The notes under the pieces were generated by a model, which was given only the letters and a program-made list of their open reading frames with translations, was not told where the DNA came from and ran no database searches. From Camelus ferus (lineage: Eukaryota), in NCBI RefSeq assembly GCF_009834535.1, contig NC_045697.1, positions 29,638,001 through 29,702,000 on the forward strand: a DNA stretch of 64,000 nt, given 5' to 3'. The position numbers and the translations under genes were made by a program. Positions 1 to 13,610 of this stretch are shown piece by piece; position 1 is the first letter of the stretch; each line of letters starts with the position of its first letter.

Positions 1-275
1 TTACTTTTGTTGGGCATGGTGATAGTATTGCATTTAATGGGGCAGCTTCTTCATTTCTTGGAGGTGGATGCTAAAGTAGTTAGGGGTAAAGTGCCATGAC
101 GTCTAAAATTTATTTTCAAATGCTTCAGCAAAAAATAATATGTAAATTTATACAGATGAAGTAAATAGGAAAAAATGTTAATAATTATTCAAATCAGATG
201 GGGCTCTATGGATGTTCATTACAATATCCTTTCTTTTTTCTGTATGTGAAAACTTTCAGAATTTAAGGTTTAAAA
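1..275 (+). mobile_element. Old L1M (L1MC/L1ME-like) 3' UTR fragment
   Basis: Motifs typical of old L1 3' ends (atggatgttcattacaatatcc...tgtatgtgaaaactttc...aaggtttaaaa). Boundaries approximate. Confidence 0.6.
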
Positions 276-384
276 TTATATGAGGTAAAAAACATCTATG
301 ACCCTGTAGTTTTACGGCCCTTGTCCTACTGTCTTGCTATATTAGAACACAGTCCATCTACGTAGATAATTTCTTTCCTCCTGA

Positions 385-992
385 AAACGTTCTCTCATCA
401 AGCCTTCCCACCTCCATACCTTTGTGTATGATATTTTCTCAACCTGGTATTTCCTCTGTCCAGTCATCACCTCTCTGGTGAAAGCTGACATTCTTTTAGG
501 TCAATCTCAAATGCCACCTTCTCTAGGAGGACTTTCCTAACCTCCTCCCCAAAGAGGGAGGTCATGCACCTCCCCTCTTCTGACTCCCCATGACACACTG
601 TACCTCTCCTGACACTTACCACCTTCTACCCCACGGGGTAAAAACTGCAGCTGACATTTACTGAGCGCTTCCCACGTGTGGGGCCCTGGTCCCTCGCAGG
701 GCTTCTTGCCTTCACTCATTTCATGCCTCCCCTACTGAGGTGGGCACTGCCATTACCCTCTCTTCACTGGTGAGGAAGCAGGCTTTGAGAGGTCGGATGA
801 CTTGCCCAATCACAAGGGTCGTAAATAGCAGTACCAGGATTCATGCAAACATAGCGCTTCTGCTTCCAAACTCTATAGCACTAGTGTGAGTGTCATTTGC
901 AAGGTGGCCTGATCCTTCCTTACTACATTTTAACAATCTAAGGGCAGGCAGAGCATCTTGTTCATTTATTCACTCCATCAATAACTGTTGAA
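385..992 (+). mobile_element. L2 3' end, interrupted by a MIR
   Basis: ctcaaatgccaccttctctaggagg and agggcaggcagagcatcttgttcattt...aataactgttgaa resemble the L2 tail. Confidence 0.55.
648..860 (-). mobile_element. MIR SINE
   Basis: Reverse MIR core: catttactgagcgc...tgaggaagcaggctttgagagg...gacttgccca. Confidence 0.75.
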
Positions 993-1067
993 AAGCCACT
1001 ATTATCAGAAAACAACTGCCCAATGTGATGGGGTAAAGTAGTAAGTGAAAAGGGTAGTTTCTGACCT

Positions 1068-1292
1068 AGGTAAAAACTAAGGAAATCTGAACAAACTATG
1101 GACTTTAGTTAATAATAATGTATCAGTATTGGTCCTTTAATTGTAACAAACGTACCATATTATTGTAAGACGTTAATAATAGGGGAAAACTGGGTGAGAG
1201 TTTATGAGCACTCTGGACTATCTTCTCAATCTTTCTGTAAATCTAAAACTGTTCTTTAAAAAAAAAAAAGTCTATTTTAAAAAAAGAAAAAA
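1068..1292 (+). mobile_element. L1MC-type 3' end with A-rich tail
   Basis: tatggactttagttaataataatgtatcagtattgg...tgtaaatctaaaactgttct followed by A runs. Confidence 0.8.
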
Positions 1293-2064
1293 GTGTGACC
1301 ATGAGTCAGTTTTCCTGACTGGCTCATAAACTACCTGTAACACCAATTCCAAAGAAGAGTGGCCCAGTCATTTTAGCAAAAGGCATGGCGATGAAACGTT
1401 TGAACTCGGCCCATTTGGGGAATGAATTCTAACCAGGCTCTCCAGCTGAATGTGTAGCACATGTTTTTTAAACCTAATCTCATGCACGTATATCCTTCCC
1501 CTCAGGCAACACTAAGAAGCTTCCGGCTCCAGGTTATCCTGGTTAATTCATCATGTTTTAATCAACACACCCCGGAAGGAAATTACCACATCTCCACTTC
1601 TCTAAGTCAACTCAAGTAAGTCTCAGAAAGACTCTATGACGTTCAATTTTTTTTTTTAAGTGTTGGGTTTTTTTTTCCTTAAAAAAATCACAGAGTTCCA
1701 AGTCCCAAGCTCTACAACCATCACAAACCCAGAGCTTTAGGCATCTACACATTCACATACTCAACCACCCTATGTTTGACTCTTCCCTAAAGAAAGGAAC
1801 TCTGCTTTCCAGATACCGTGCAGGGACTTCTCTCCACTTTAATAAATGACTCTCTCCACTGCATCTGTGAGATCAGCTACACTTCCACACATAAAAACCC
1901 TTCTGTGTGGAGTTAGCCTAATAAATCACCATGAGTAACAGTAACTCTTTTTTTAGATCGAACTCCTGGAAAACTACAAGATGAGCCAGGAAGGACACAG
2001 ACCGTCAAAGAAATGTAAATACTTAACAGACACCATTTGATAATATTAGCCAGGATAATAAGTA

Positions 2065-2220
2065 ACAGCATTGAGAATAATTCACTGCTTGTGGTGCATT
2101 TTGCAAGTTAGTCTCTTAAAAGTACTGTGATACGGGCAGTAAAGATACCATTGTCATTTTATAGATGAGGAAAACTGAGGCTTACAATTGAAATCAGAAC
2201 TCATTCAAATACACCACTGC
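2065..2220 (-). mobile_element. MIR fragment
   Basis: cattttatagatgaggaaaactgaggct core. Confidence 0.6.
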
Positions 2221-3720
2221 GTGACTTTGTGCCACTGCGGACCCTTCAAGGCCTGGCTCAAAGCCAGCTGCGTTTTTGCTCTCTCCAGTCACACAGACAG
2301 GACTCCCCTCGGTTTCTGGAGGTGCTCTTTTTCTGTAGGCCTTGTGTCTGTTCCTGTCTCCAATCTCCTGAGAAGAATTATAGGAAGCAACTCAGGAGGA
2401 GAGCATGGCTTCACACAGCTTCAGCTGCCACACGTTAATACAACGCCTCACACAGCGGGGGCTCCCCAACCCAAGGCCCCAGGACCGCACGAATGATGCT
2501 GCTCTGCAAAGCCTACTCACAGGCAAAAGCCGTGAAACAAAACAGACCCTGTTCTGGGGCTCAAAAACTAACGTGAAGTTCAAGACGACTTTTTTCCCCT
2601 GAACTTAAAGCAACATAAACCATGTTTAAGTTTTACAACATAAATAGAAAAGAGAGAGTTTTGTTTTCCCCATGAGTCCTCAGCTAGGCCTCCAACTAGG
2701 GTGCCAAAAACATTCAGAGAACATGTCACAGGTCTTGGTTTTCATCCAGATTCCAGAAAAAGGGGAGAGGAAAATGAGTTTCACCATCGATATAGCTTGA
2801 GTTCCTTTTATAGGAACCGCTTTCTCCAAAATAACACCTAAAATCAGCTTGTCCGTATTCCTCCTTCCATAGACTTGTTGGCCAGGTTGACCATTCTGTT
2901 ACTAGAACACTGGATTCTCAGAATCTAAGCCAGATGAAAAGTCAAATATTTTTAAAATATCAAATTATTAAAAAAACAAATTTTTCTCTGCTCCCTAGTA
3001 TGAAATATAAAGCTCCTGACTTCACACAGAGAGTGACTGATTCAGAGTTCACTGCTCCTGCCCTGAAAGGAAACCAGCGGTTTCCAGTGCACCAGGACAC
3101 CGCAGAAGTTGTTGAGAGAAGCAGTTTACTGAATGGTACTTCTGTGTCTTCAAAGTTTTAATATGTCCAACAGTGGAAAACTAAAACCATTTGGATCAAA
3201 GAGGCTAAAAATCAATGGTTGCTTTGTTTGTTTTTAACCAGAATAACCAAAACTGAATATAGTTCACCAAGGTTTTAAATTTCAGTCTCACTGTATTTTT
3301 TCTCCTATGTCCAACTACACAAGAGACTTTTTTAAAAATAATAAAATGTTCAATTCTACCATTGGTTACACATGTGCTTTGAATCTGTCAGGAATGAAAG
3401 ACGGATTGTGTGGGGCTATCCAAACCCTTCCTTGTGTATCCAATGGCATATGTTGCAGGACTGCTCCTCTGCAATCATGAGAAAAGTGATCTCAGAATAC
3501 CAGAGGGAACTTAGAGAGGGGCGGGTGTGTGTATACATGCATGTGTGCTCATCTGTGGTGGGTCTGCGGGTGGGGTTAGGGTCGGGGAGGGCAAGCAACA
3601 GAGAGCTGGAACTCCCAAGTGTCATAGGTGTCTCCTAAGATCTAGGATTCCACTCACCGCTCCACTTTTCCACTCCATTCTTTGCTCCAGGAAGCTGACC
3701 CATTTAACAACAGGCTCCCT

Positions 3721-5263
3721 CAAAGCAATCCTGAGGAAAAAGAACAAAGCTGGAAGCTTAACCCTCCCAGACTTCAGACAATACTACAGAATTTCAGTAA
3801 TCAAAACGGTCTGGTATTGGCACAAAAACAGATATATAGATCAACGGAACAGAATGGAGAGCCCAGAAATAAACCCATATACCTATGGTCAATTAATCTT
3901 TGACAAAGGAAGCAAGAATATACAATGAAGAAAAGACAGTCTCTTCAGCAAGCAGTGTTGGGAAAGCTGGACAGCCACATGTAAATCAATGCAATTAGAA
4001 CATTCCCTCAGACCTTACACAAAAATAAACTCAAAATGGTTTAAAGATCTAAATATAAGACACGACACCATGAAACTCCTAGAAGAGAATATAGACAAAA
4101 CATTTTCAGACATAAATTGTAGCAGTATTTTCTTAGATCAGTCTCCCAAGGCAAAATAAATAAAAGCAAAAATAAACAAATGGAATCTAATCAAAAGCTT
4201 TTGCACTACAAAGGAAACTACCAACAAAACAAAAAAGACAACCTACAGACTCAGAGAAAATATTTACAATGTGACCAACAAGAAGTTAACATCCAAACTA
4301 TGCAAACACATAATACAACTCAATATCAAAGAAGCAAACAATCCAATCAAAAAATGGGCAGAAGACCTAAATAGACATTTCTCCAAAGAAGACATACAGA
4401 TGGCCAAGAGACACACGAAAAGATGCTCAACACCATTAATTATCAGAGAAGTGCAAATCAAACCCACAATGAGGTATTATCACTTCACACCAGTCAGAAT
4501 GGCTATCATCACAAATAATCAATGCTGCAGAGGCTGTGGAGAAAAGGGAGCCCTCCTACACTGCTGGTGGGAATGTAAACTGGTGTGGCCACTATGGAGA
4601 ACAGTATGGCGGTTTTTTAAAAAACTGAAAATAGAGCTACCCTATGATCCAGCAATCCCACTCCTGGGCATACATCTGGAAAAGACTAAAACCCTAATTA
4701 GAAAAGATACATGCACCCCAATGTTCATCCAGCACTATTTACAACAGCCAAGACATGGAAACAATCCAAGTGTCCATCAATAGATAATTGACTTAAGAAA
4801 ATGTGATATATATACATATATACAAACATAGAATGGAATATTACTCAGCCATAAAAAGAATATTGCCAGTTGTAGCAACATGGGTGGACTCAAAGAATAC
4901 TATACTAAGTCAGAGAAAGACAAATATTATATGATATCACTTATACATGGTATCTAAAAAATAATACAAATGAATCCATTTACAAAACAGAAACAGACTC
5001 ACAGACATAGAAAACAAACTCATGGTTACCAAAGGAGAAAGGGGAGTGGGGGGAGGGATGAATTAGGAGTTTGGGATTAACAGACACACAACTATATATA
5101 AAATAGATAAGCAACAAGGGTTTACTGTAGTATGCAGGGAACAATATTCAGTATCTTGTAATAACCTATAATGGCAAATAATCTGAATCACTGAATCATT
5201 TTGCTACACACCTAGAACTAATACAGTACTGTAAATCAACCAAACTTCAGTAAAAACAAAAAC
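3721..5263 (+). mobile_element. 5'-truncated young L1 (ORF2 C-terminus + 3' UTR), frameshifted
   Basis: Translates to L1 ORF2 motifs [49 protein letters not shown] and [11 protein letters not shown]. Exact 11-bp TSD acaggctccct at 3710-3720 and 5264-5274. Confidence 0.97.
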
Positions 5264-5708
5264 ACAGGCTCCCTTACCCTCTGGCTCCTGGCTGGGTTTG
5301 ATCAATAGGGAAGGTCCACAGGAGAGCAGAAGGAAGGAGCTATATTTCCCCTTCTGTGTAGTTTATTGCAGATGGTGGCATTTTGTGGGTTAAACAACAA
5401 CAACAAAAACCAAAACCATGTCAGTACCCCAGCTGAAACAGCTAGCTTTAAAAGGTCCTGAAGTATTGTAGGGTGACTCTTCTTTGACACAACTGATGTG
5501 AGGCAGCCATAAAAGTGGGATCAAAACAATAGCAACGACAGGGCACTGTCTTGTTAGGTGAGATTTCAAGGATTTTAGGTCTGTGATCAACCGAGTCTGA
5601 TCAGAAAACGGATGGCTTATTCAAACCCGGACCTTGGACAGGGTGTAGGGGAGCTACCTGGGATGCTGCCTTGCCCTGGGGCTTGTGGCAGCCAAGCCCC
5701 TACCACCC

Positions 5709-5810
5709 GATATATGATTTGCAAATATTTCCTCCCATTCAGTGGGATGCCTTTTCATTTTGTTGACGGTTTCCTTTGCTGTGGAGAAGCTTCTTAGTTC
5801 GATGGAATCC
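5709..5810 (-). mobile_element. Internal L1 ORF2 fragment
   Basis: Minus strand reads ELRSFSTAKETVNKMKRHPTEWEEIFANH, an L1 ORF2 motif. Confidence 0.85.
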
Positions 5811-6385
5811 TTTTAAAAATGTAAGTCAGATCAAGTCATCTCTGCTCAAAACCCTGTCATTCTCTCAGAAATGAGTATTTTAGGTCCTTTTTCTGCCCTG
5901 CAGTACCCTATGCAACCTGTCTCTCACTCCACTCCCATATATTTTGGCTTCATTCTGCATCACTCTTCTCTGTGTTTGCTCCGCTCTAGCCTCAGGGGCA
6001 TCTTTGCTGTTTCTCAAACATGCCAAGTTCACTCCCACCTGAGGGCCTTTGCTCCTGCAGTTTCCTTCACCTGAAATGCCACCTCCTGGGTCTTCGCACG
6101 ACTGAGTCCTGCTCAACTGTAACTGCTCCAGGCAGCCTTTGCCCACCACCATCTCTTAAGCAGCCCTCTCTTGTCTCTAGCTCTCTCCCTCCCCTTAATT
6201 TTTCTTCATAGTGCTTATTGCCCCAAAATATGTTATAGTTATTTGTTTATGGCCCACCTCCTCCCACAAGAATGCACGGTCCCAAGAGCAGGGACCTCAT
6301 CTGTTAGGGACATCCCTCATCTCCACTGCCTAGAACAGTGGAAGGCATACAGTCAGCACTCACTAAATCTTTGCTGAATAAATGA
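5811..6385 (+). mobile_element. L2 (L2a-like) 3' end
   Basis: aaatgtaagtcagatca...ctcaaaaccct, agggcctttgctcctgc, and a terminal tgctgaataaatga. Confidence 0.85.
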
Positions 6386-6638
6386 TTTGGTCAGGGGAAA
6401 AATAAAAAGAACTGCCGGCCTGCATTCTTAATAACTGAAGCTAAATTTCCAGTGATCAAGAAGATGTTCAGTGGCCATCTTTAGAGATGCTATAGAAAGG
6501 GATTCTGTAAATTAAATGATGAGTTCATGGAATAACCTGCCATCCTACCCAAGGATTTTCCATACTGCACATCAAAAGCAGCAGAGTAGACAGTGAATGA
6601 TAATTTTAAAATGAATAAATGTAAAAGACTGTTTAAAC

Positions 6639-6968
6639 CAGGAGGCAAAGATTTTATGTCAAGCACCAGAGAGTAAGTAACTTACACTCTGCAGATCATA
6701 GAACCTCTGTCACAACCACTCAGCCCTGCTGCTGCAGGACAGGAACCGCCAGACACGATACAGCAGTGAATGCGCGTAGCTGTGTTCCAACAAAGCTTTA
6801 CTGGTGGACACTGCAATACGTATAGTTTTCAAGTGTCACAAAATATTATTATTCTTTTAATTTTTTTTCAATCATTTAAAAATGTGGAAACCATTCTAGG
6901 TTGGTGAGCCATATAAAAACAGGCAGTAGGCTAGATTCTGCCTCTGAGCTGCAGTTTTCTGACCCCTG
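6639..6968. mobile_element. hAT-Charlie MITE, MER58B-like
   Basis: cagg...cctg termini, internal gctgtgttccaacaaagcttta, and an 8-bp TSD-like pair gtttaaac (6631-6638) / atttaaat (6969-6976). Confidence 0.85.
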
Positions 6969-8626
6969 ATTTAAATCCTTTCTAAGTGTGTTTTTTTTTC
7001 TTGGATGAAATACATTCTGGTCCATGAATCTGTCGGACGGTCCATAATTAATTAAGCATGGAATAACTGCTTTTGTTAAAGAATAATAAGCTGGATAAAC
7101 AGTTTATTTAGGTAAATAAACATTACTAATTCACTCTTCCAGGACTGTCTCCCCAGCCAGACTTTGGTCATCTTCAGACATAAGCTCTGTTATCATCTTT
7201 TTCCACCCAGGTATTTTAGCTTTTTCCAACCTAGTGAAGAAATTTCAGTCTAGTCTTCCTTCCTTTACAGCAAGGGGAACTGTAATAAAACATCAGGATA
7301 GCAGGGAGGGTAGCTTCCCAGGCTTTGCAGCACAGCGGATTCCAGGACAATGTTTTATGATTAAATGTACACTGTGTTGCTTACACTTTGCTTTCAAGTA
7401 CTTTCAAACACACCCTGTTTATGGGCCTTGGAATGAGAACTATTTTGATTGCAGGTGCTGCTGGAACTCAGGGTCATCTGTCCCCATGAGCCACAGAAAT
7501 CTGCTGGAAAAACCAGGCTGGGAGATGGCACAGCCTCAACATTTTATTTCATAATGTAAAGCAGAAGATTGTAACTTTCTCTCAATTATGATGATAGTCT
7601 CATCTCTCTTACACAATAGCAATACCTGAAAATAAGGAATCTGAAGAAGCACCCTTCATGGTATCACTCAGGAAAGTCAACCAAACACAGGCAAGAGGTG
7701 CATTAACATCACACACACTTATTTGACGCTGGACACACAGCAGAGAACAGAAACACTTCACTATAGGTCTCCGGACACTCTCAACATCCTGATGCTGGGT
7801 GTCCCAGAAACTCGATCAAAAAGAATCCAAGAGAAAAGTTCCAACATTCACGCCCTCCATGTTCTCTAAGCCTAGGAGACATGGAACAAAACCACAATTT
7901 ATTATAATCTAATTAATTACAGACTCCACTTGTCCTGCCCACTGAGAAAGCAGATCTACTAGAACATGAAATGAAACGTTTGAAAGTTTTTTTGAAACAC
8001 CTCTGGTGCTCTACTGCTTGAATTTCCCAGTAAATCAAATTCAAATAAGCAGGCCAAAGGAAGTCCATGGTTTTCCAACTTCTACCGTAAGTAAAACAGC
8101 CTACAGATTTACTGTGAAAACCAGGGATTAAATTAAGCTTTACTTAAATTTCAAGATGCCAGAGACAGTCTCCTGAGAAAGCAGACTTGGCTTGAAACCC
8201 TGATATCTCACACACACGGTCCAATTCACACCAAAGACAGCCGTCCACAAAGCCGCCCTGTCTCGCCAGGCATCTCCTCCATTCTGTTCTGAGCTTGGAC
8301 TATACACATCAATGAAAGTTGAGACATTAAATATGGAAAGTTGTGAGATAAGGGCCTCCGCTTCATCTCACACTCTTAATTGAGTTTGAGGGAAATGGAA
8401 ATGCTGACAAGGCACGCAGCCGCAGACAAAAATCATCACCAGTGAATGAAGATACCAAGGAATCATCACTGCTGCTGCCTGGCAATCCTGCCAGCCTTCA
8501 AACAGGGATACCCAGGGCACCGGGGAATCACCCTCCTCCAGACATTCAGGGGGCCTGGGATGCTAAAGCCAGGTGATGGAGAAAGCCACTGGGAAGAAGT
8601 TTCCCTGAGCCACCCTGGCTTCTGTT

Positions 8627-9011
8627 TGTATGAATTTGCACGGGCCGCCCTAAGAAGCGACCACAGACCGTGTGGCTTACACAGCAGAGACCCATGAGCC
8701 CAAGACGGAGGCGTCAGTGTCAAGGTGTTGACAGAGTTGTTTCACTCTGAGGTGTCTCTCCCCAGCTTGCAGATGCCGCCTTCCTGCGGGGTCCTGACAT
8801 GGTCTTTCCGCTATACATGTCTGTGCACAAATTTCCTTGTCTTGTAAGAGCACCAGTCATACCAGATTAAAGCCACTTTAATGACCTCATTTTAACTTAA
8901 AAGTTAACACCTCTTTAAAGACCCTATCTCCAAATATAGTCACATTCCAAGGCACTGAGTGTTAGGGCTTCGACATACGAGTTTTAAGGGGACACAATTC
9001 AGCCCTTTAAC
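8627..9011 (-). mobile_element. MaLR solo LTR (MLT1B/C-like)
   Basis: aatgacctcattttaactt...aaagaccctatctccaaatatagtcacattc...ggggacacaattcagccc. Confidence 0.85.
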
Positions 9012-9644
9012 CCGCTGGGACCATGGCCATGGCAACACTCTGTTTCTGTTTATACTCAGCAGTGCCAGAGGCTAGAAAATAAACCAATCACTCACTTTGC
9101 ACTATTCTGAAAGTTAAATACCTTTCTTTTAGAATGAAAGGACATTATATTCAACAATGTCCCAACACCATTATGATTTTGATAACAAATAAAAAGCAAT
9201 ATACCATTTTCACTGCCTTTATAAAATTACTTTGTTATATACCAAATCCAATCATAAAGAAAAGTCTTTGGAGATGGGGATCCACTCAAAAGATTTCTAA
9301 GCACCAGCTGTCAGCCCACATTTTTTTAAATAAGCAATTTGTTCTGTAACAAAGATCCCACACAAGGGAAAATCAGGATATTCACTTGACATTTATCATA
9401 ATGGAAGACAAGTGTGAAAAAACACATTCTCACTTATTTCCTGTGTGCCTTTTCATGTAGACATTCATGTCTTTGAATGCAGGATTACTTACTGCTGTGT
9501 TAATGGGTACTGCCTGCTCCGGATATCAAAACGGGTTTAAAAAATAATACTGAGTATTATACACCTGAAACTAATATAATATTTTTTAAAAACTATATTT
9601 CAATAAAACACACAACCATACTGAAATCAAGACTTCTATTCAAA

Positions 9645-9905
9645 ACAAACTTATGGTTACCAGTGGGGAAAGTGGGGGGATACAAATTGGGAGTTTGGGA
9701 TTTGCAGATACTAACAACTATACATAAAGCAGATGACAACAAGGTCCTACTGTGTAGCACAGGGAACTATATTCAATATCCTGTATTAACTACAATGAAA
9801 AAGAATATGAAAAAGAATATGTGTATGTGTGTGTAACTGAATCACCATGCTGTACTCCAGCAACTAACAGAATATTCTAAATCGGATTACACTTCAATTA
9901 AAAAA
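9645..9905 (+). mobile_element. Young L1 3' UTR-only insertion
   Basis: Homologous to the end of the 3721-5263 element, with a poly(A) tail. Exact 16-bp TSD aagacttctattcaaa at 9629-9644 and 9906-9921. Confidence 0.95.
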
Positions 9906-10089
9906 AAGACTTCTATTCAAACCAGGTGTGTGACCAGCAATATCATATATAAAGTCCTATATCTAAGTGATCAGCAAAGCCCTTTTTAAAAGAAATACTA
10001 AAACCAATATTAAATGAGTTTAATCTCAATTTAAGCCTTTTAACAATTTATGACCTTGTAACCACTTACATCCTCCAAATTGACTACGT

Positions 10090-10220
10090 TATTCATTACT
10101 CCCATAAACATGTACTGAGATTGTACCATGTGGCAGGCACAGGCAAGGTGCTAGAGACACATCATTAAACAAACAAAATCCCTGCCCTCGTGGAACTGAC
10201 AGTCTGGTAAGATACACACA
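10090..10220 (-). mobile_element. L2 3' tail
   Basis: attcatt...aacatgtactgag...aaatccctgccctcgtggaactgacagtctgg. Confidence 0.75.
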
Positions 10221-10733
10221 TCACTTTCCCTACCGTCCTGCAAACACATTTCCCCTCCCAACTTCCCTGACTTGGGCACTGGAATCTCTAGCCTCCTAAC
10301 TTCCCAAAGGCAAAACTTAACAGCTATTTTTACGAGCTATTTTCATTCTCCATCACATCCCTCCTGGGGTCTCTGGTGACTATTTCCAACCCTGCCTCTT
10401 CCACCTGCCTTTTCTGATACAGAAAATCTTAGCAGCACACAGGCCCCACGAGCCCCAGCCATCAGCCCAATCAGATGACCCTACTCCCTACCCTGCACTC
10501 CTCATCATTCACCAAATCTTACCAATCCTACACTGGGAATCCCTCCCCAGGCTCTCCCAGTCTCTCCATTCCCACCACCATAATCCTGGTCATTTTTCTT
10601 CTCAATTTACATCACATTCTCTCTAGAATGTGAAACCTATGAAGCAGGAACAGTGATCTGCTCATCTTTGCATCCGACAATTACTCGTGTGTGCACAGAA
10701 TTCTTGACACACTGTATTACGTCCATACACTTT

Positions 10734-11208
10734 GAGCTCAGAAATAAACCCACACACATATGGTCAATTAATCTTAGACAATGAAGGCAAGAATATACAA
10801 TGGAGAAAAGACAGTCTCTTCAACAAGTGGTGCTGGGAAAGCTGGACAGCTTCCTGTAAATCAATGAAGTTAGCACACTCCCTCACACCATACACAAACA
10901 TAAACTCAAAAGGGCTTAAAGACTTAAACATAAGACAAGACAGTATAAACCTCCTAAAAGAAAGCATAGGCAAGACATTCTCTGACATAAATCCTAACAA
11001 TGTTCTCCTAGGGCAGTCTACCCAGGCAACAGAAATGAAAGCCAAAATAAACAAATGGGACTTAAACTTACAAGCTTTTGCACAGCAAAGGAAACCACCA
11101 ACAAAACAAGGAGAAAACCTACAGAATGGGAGAAAATATCTGCAAACGACAGGACTGACAAGGGCTTAATTTCCAGAATATATAAACAGCTCATCCAACT
11201 CAGTAACA
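10734..11208 (+). mobile_element. Internal L1 ORF2 fragment without 3' UTR
   Basis: Reads EINPHTYGQLI...WRKDSLFNKWCWESW...[11 protein letters not shown]...PTEWEKI...[12 protein letters not shown]. Parallels about 3858-4325. Confidence 0.93.
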
Positions 11209-11689
11209 GAATGCTGCCCCCATCACAGCGCCACCTGCTCACAGTGGATCTCTCCTCAGGGCACAGCCTTGCTCCGAAGCGCTCCACTTTGGCACGTCTC
11301 CCAGGGTGCCCAGCCCTGCCCCGACACCTCAAACACCTTCCCATTGCCCTACCTTGATCCCCATCGCCCTCTCACCTTCTCTCCATTGCACTACATCTTA
11401 AGGCCCTTATGTCCTTTAAGGTTCACTGCAGATCTCACCTCCCTGAGGATGTCTTCCCAGGGTGGTCTGGCTCACACAGATGGATGCCTACCTCCTCAGG
11501 GTTCCTGTGGCCTTTCCCACCCATCCCGACCGTTCCACCTCACACTGGTCCAACCAGACTGTGTGTCCCTAGAAAGGAGAGCCATAACATACACTTTCAG
11601 GCCTCATGTCACCTACTCTACAGGAAGCAATCGTAACACTTGCTGACAAAGAACATCACAGGGAAGAATCCAAGAGAACAATATTCGAA

Positions 11690-11905
11690 TAATTTTAAAT
11701 GTACTGCCAACACTTGAAAACTAGGAGAAGTCACATAAAAGTAAAAATTTCTGTCTTCTCTTGAAATACTAGAAGATCAGGCAACACTGACCGTCATTCC
11801 TGAACAGCCGAGCGGTAACTGTGCCATTTTTCCCCCTTCATGCCCCAGTTCACTTCTTTACCTTTCTGTTAGGTCCTGGAAGGCATTTGAGTTTGCAAGC
11901 CCCAT
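11690..11905. mobile_element. hAT-Charlie fossil, MER102-like
   Basis: cttctcttgaaatactagaagatcaggcaacactg and ggcatttgagtttgcaagcccc. Confidence 0.65.
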
Positions 11906-13339
11906 AGTAGACACTGGTTATCATGAATTTTTAAAGTATCAAGTTCTTTTGGGAACTGATTATTTATTGACGGTAATATCAGTTTTTCTCACTCATGATA
12001 CAGAGTGACAGACATGTTTCAGACTTTACTATATTATAAATCTAAGTAATTAATTATATACGTACATACACCAATATATACACATATATGTATTTTGAAA
12101 ACTGTCTCTTTAACGTCCCTAATAGATTACAATCCCTACTCTGTGGCTTCAAATACCTCAAAATACGGAGCTTATAATTCTTGCCATGACTAAGTATAAG
12201 AGGGTCAGATACCAGTACAGAAGCTACATAGAAAGGAAGGAAGACAAGGCAAAAATAAATATTACTGATGAGTAATGAGCTATGTACCAAACCAATTTAG
12301 GGGGAAAAAATTACTAAAATTCTTTTGAAACTAGAAAAATTATATGGCTTTGTTGATTTTAAAAAAAGAAAAATGAAACATGTACAGATAAGGGATGCTA
12401 CAATGGGCTTATTCTCCAGATCACAACTGCCCACCATTCTAAAGACAAAATGTCATCTTCCTATTCTTAAATTTCAGCATTTGAACTAAGACCAAAGGAG
12501 GTAAAGCAAACCACGAAGAAACAAAGACAGCAGTTTCCAGAGAAGCCCAGCAAGAGCTAAGCAGTTGCTGTTACTGCAAGAGTGAAAGGGAGTCATGTCC
12601 TTTGACCTATGACTCGTGTCAAGGGGTTTTAATTAAGAGAAAAGCACAATCTGGACACAGAAGTCAGAAGATATTTAAAAGCACACTGGCTTTATCTGTG
12701 CATCAGTCATTACTTCTAGTCCAAACAGGCAGGCCTTTCTTAGCAAACAGCTTTCCTGATTAGCAATCAGATTTTGGAGACTTTCATGGCCACCTCCAGC
12801 CTTGTGGTCTGAAAAGCAAATACAGTTCAGTCCAAAGCTCATATTTAAAGTAAACAAACTGAGCATAAGGGTACACTTTCAGACACACTTCAGTAAGATG
12901 GGATTCTTTGTCCTTTAAATCACATTTGGTAAATACCTGTCTTTCTCCTTTCTCTTTCTCCACTCAGTTTTATCTAATAAGCTTTCAAGGGAACGTTTGC
13001 TGGCTTAGCACATACTTTACCACTCTTCTCATAAAAATTACCTACTTCCTCAGCATGCAAAGAGGCAAGAAAGACTGACAAATGAACAGGAGAAAAAAAT
13101 TTGCAGTGTTTTTAGAAATATTTAGTAGGGTTTTATAAACTGCATTAAAACATGATGAAGTAAAATGGTCCATGATCATACACTGCCCAGAAAGCTCTTG
13201 ATTCTTATTTAAAAGGAAAGAAAATGAATGAACATGGTTAGAAAACTCAAATACAGAAAAGAAAAATAAAAATTTTTCACTGTAGTAACAGTTCATATCT
13301 TCTTATGGGGAAAAAGTATATATACCAGCATATGTATCT

Positions 13340-13610
13340 TTAAAAAATTTTATACAAAAGGGAATGGTAGTCACATGATTCTGCAAAACACTTTTTCATT
13401 TTATACATATACATGCACATATAAGTGTATATGTGTGTATGTATAAATAATGTAATTCCAAATCAGCACACATATAGAGCTCCTTCATTCTTTACAAATA
13501 TGCTATAACTTGTACAAATATCTTGGCATAGTTTTAAGTGAATCAATTTATGAAACTGCTGATGATTTTAAATTCTGAAATATACTGCCAAATAGCTCTC
13601 CAGTGGCATC
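13340..13610 (-). mobile_element. Old L1ME-like fragment
   Basis: atatagagctccttcattcttt and atactgccaaatagctctccag. Confidence 0.5.

Noticed and set aside
3527..4783. ORFs of 133 and 170 aa as host genes
   Set aside because: They are frameshifted L1 ORF2 fragments inside a TSD-flanked insertion.
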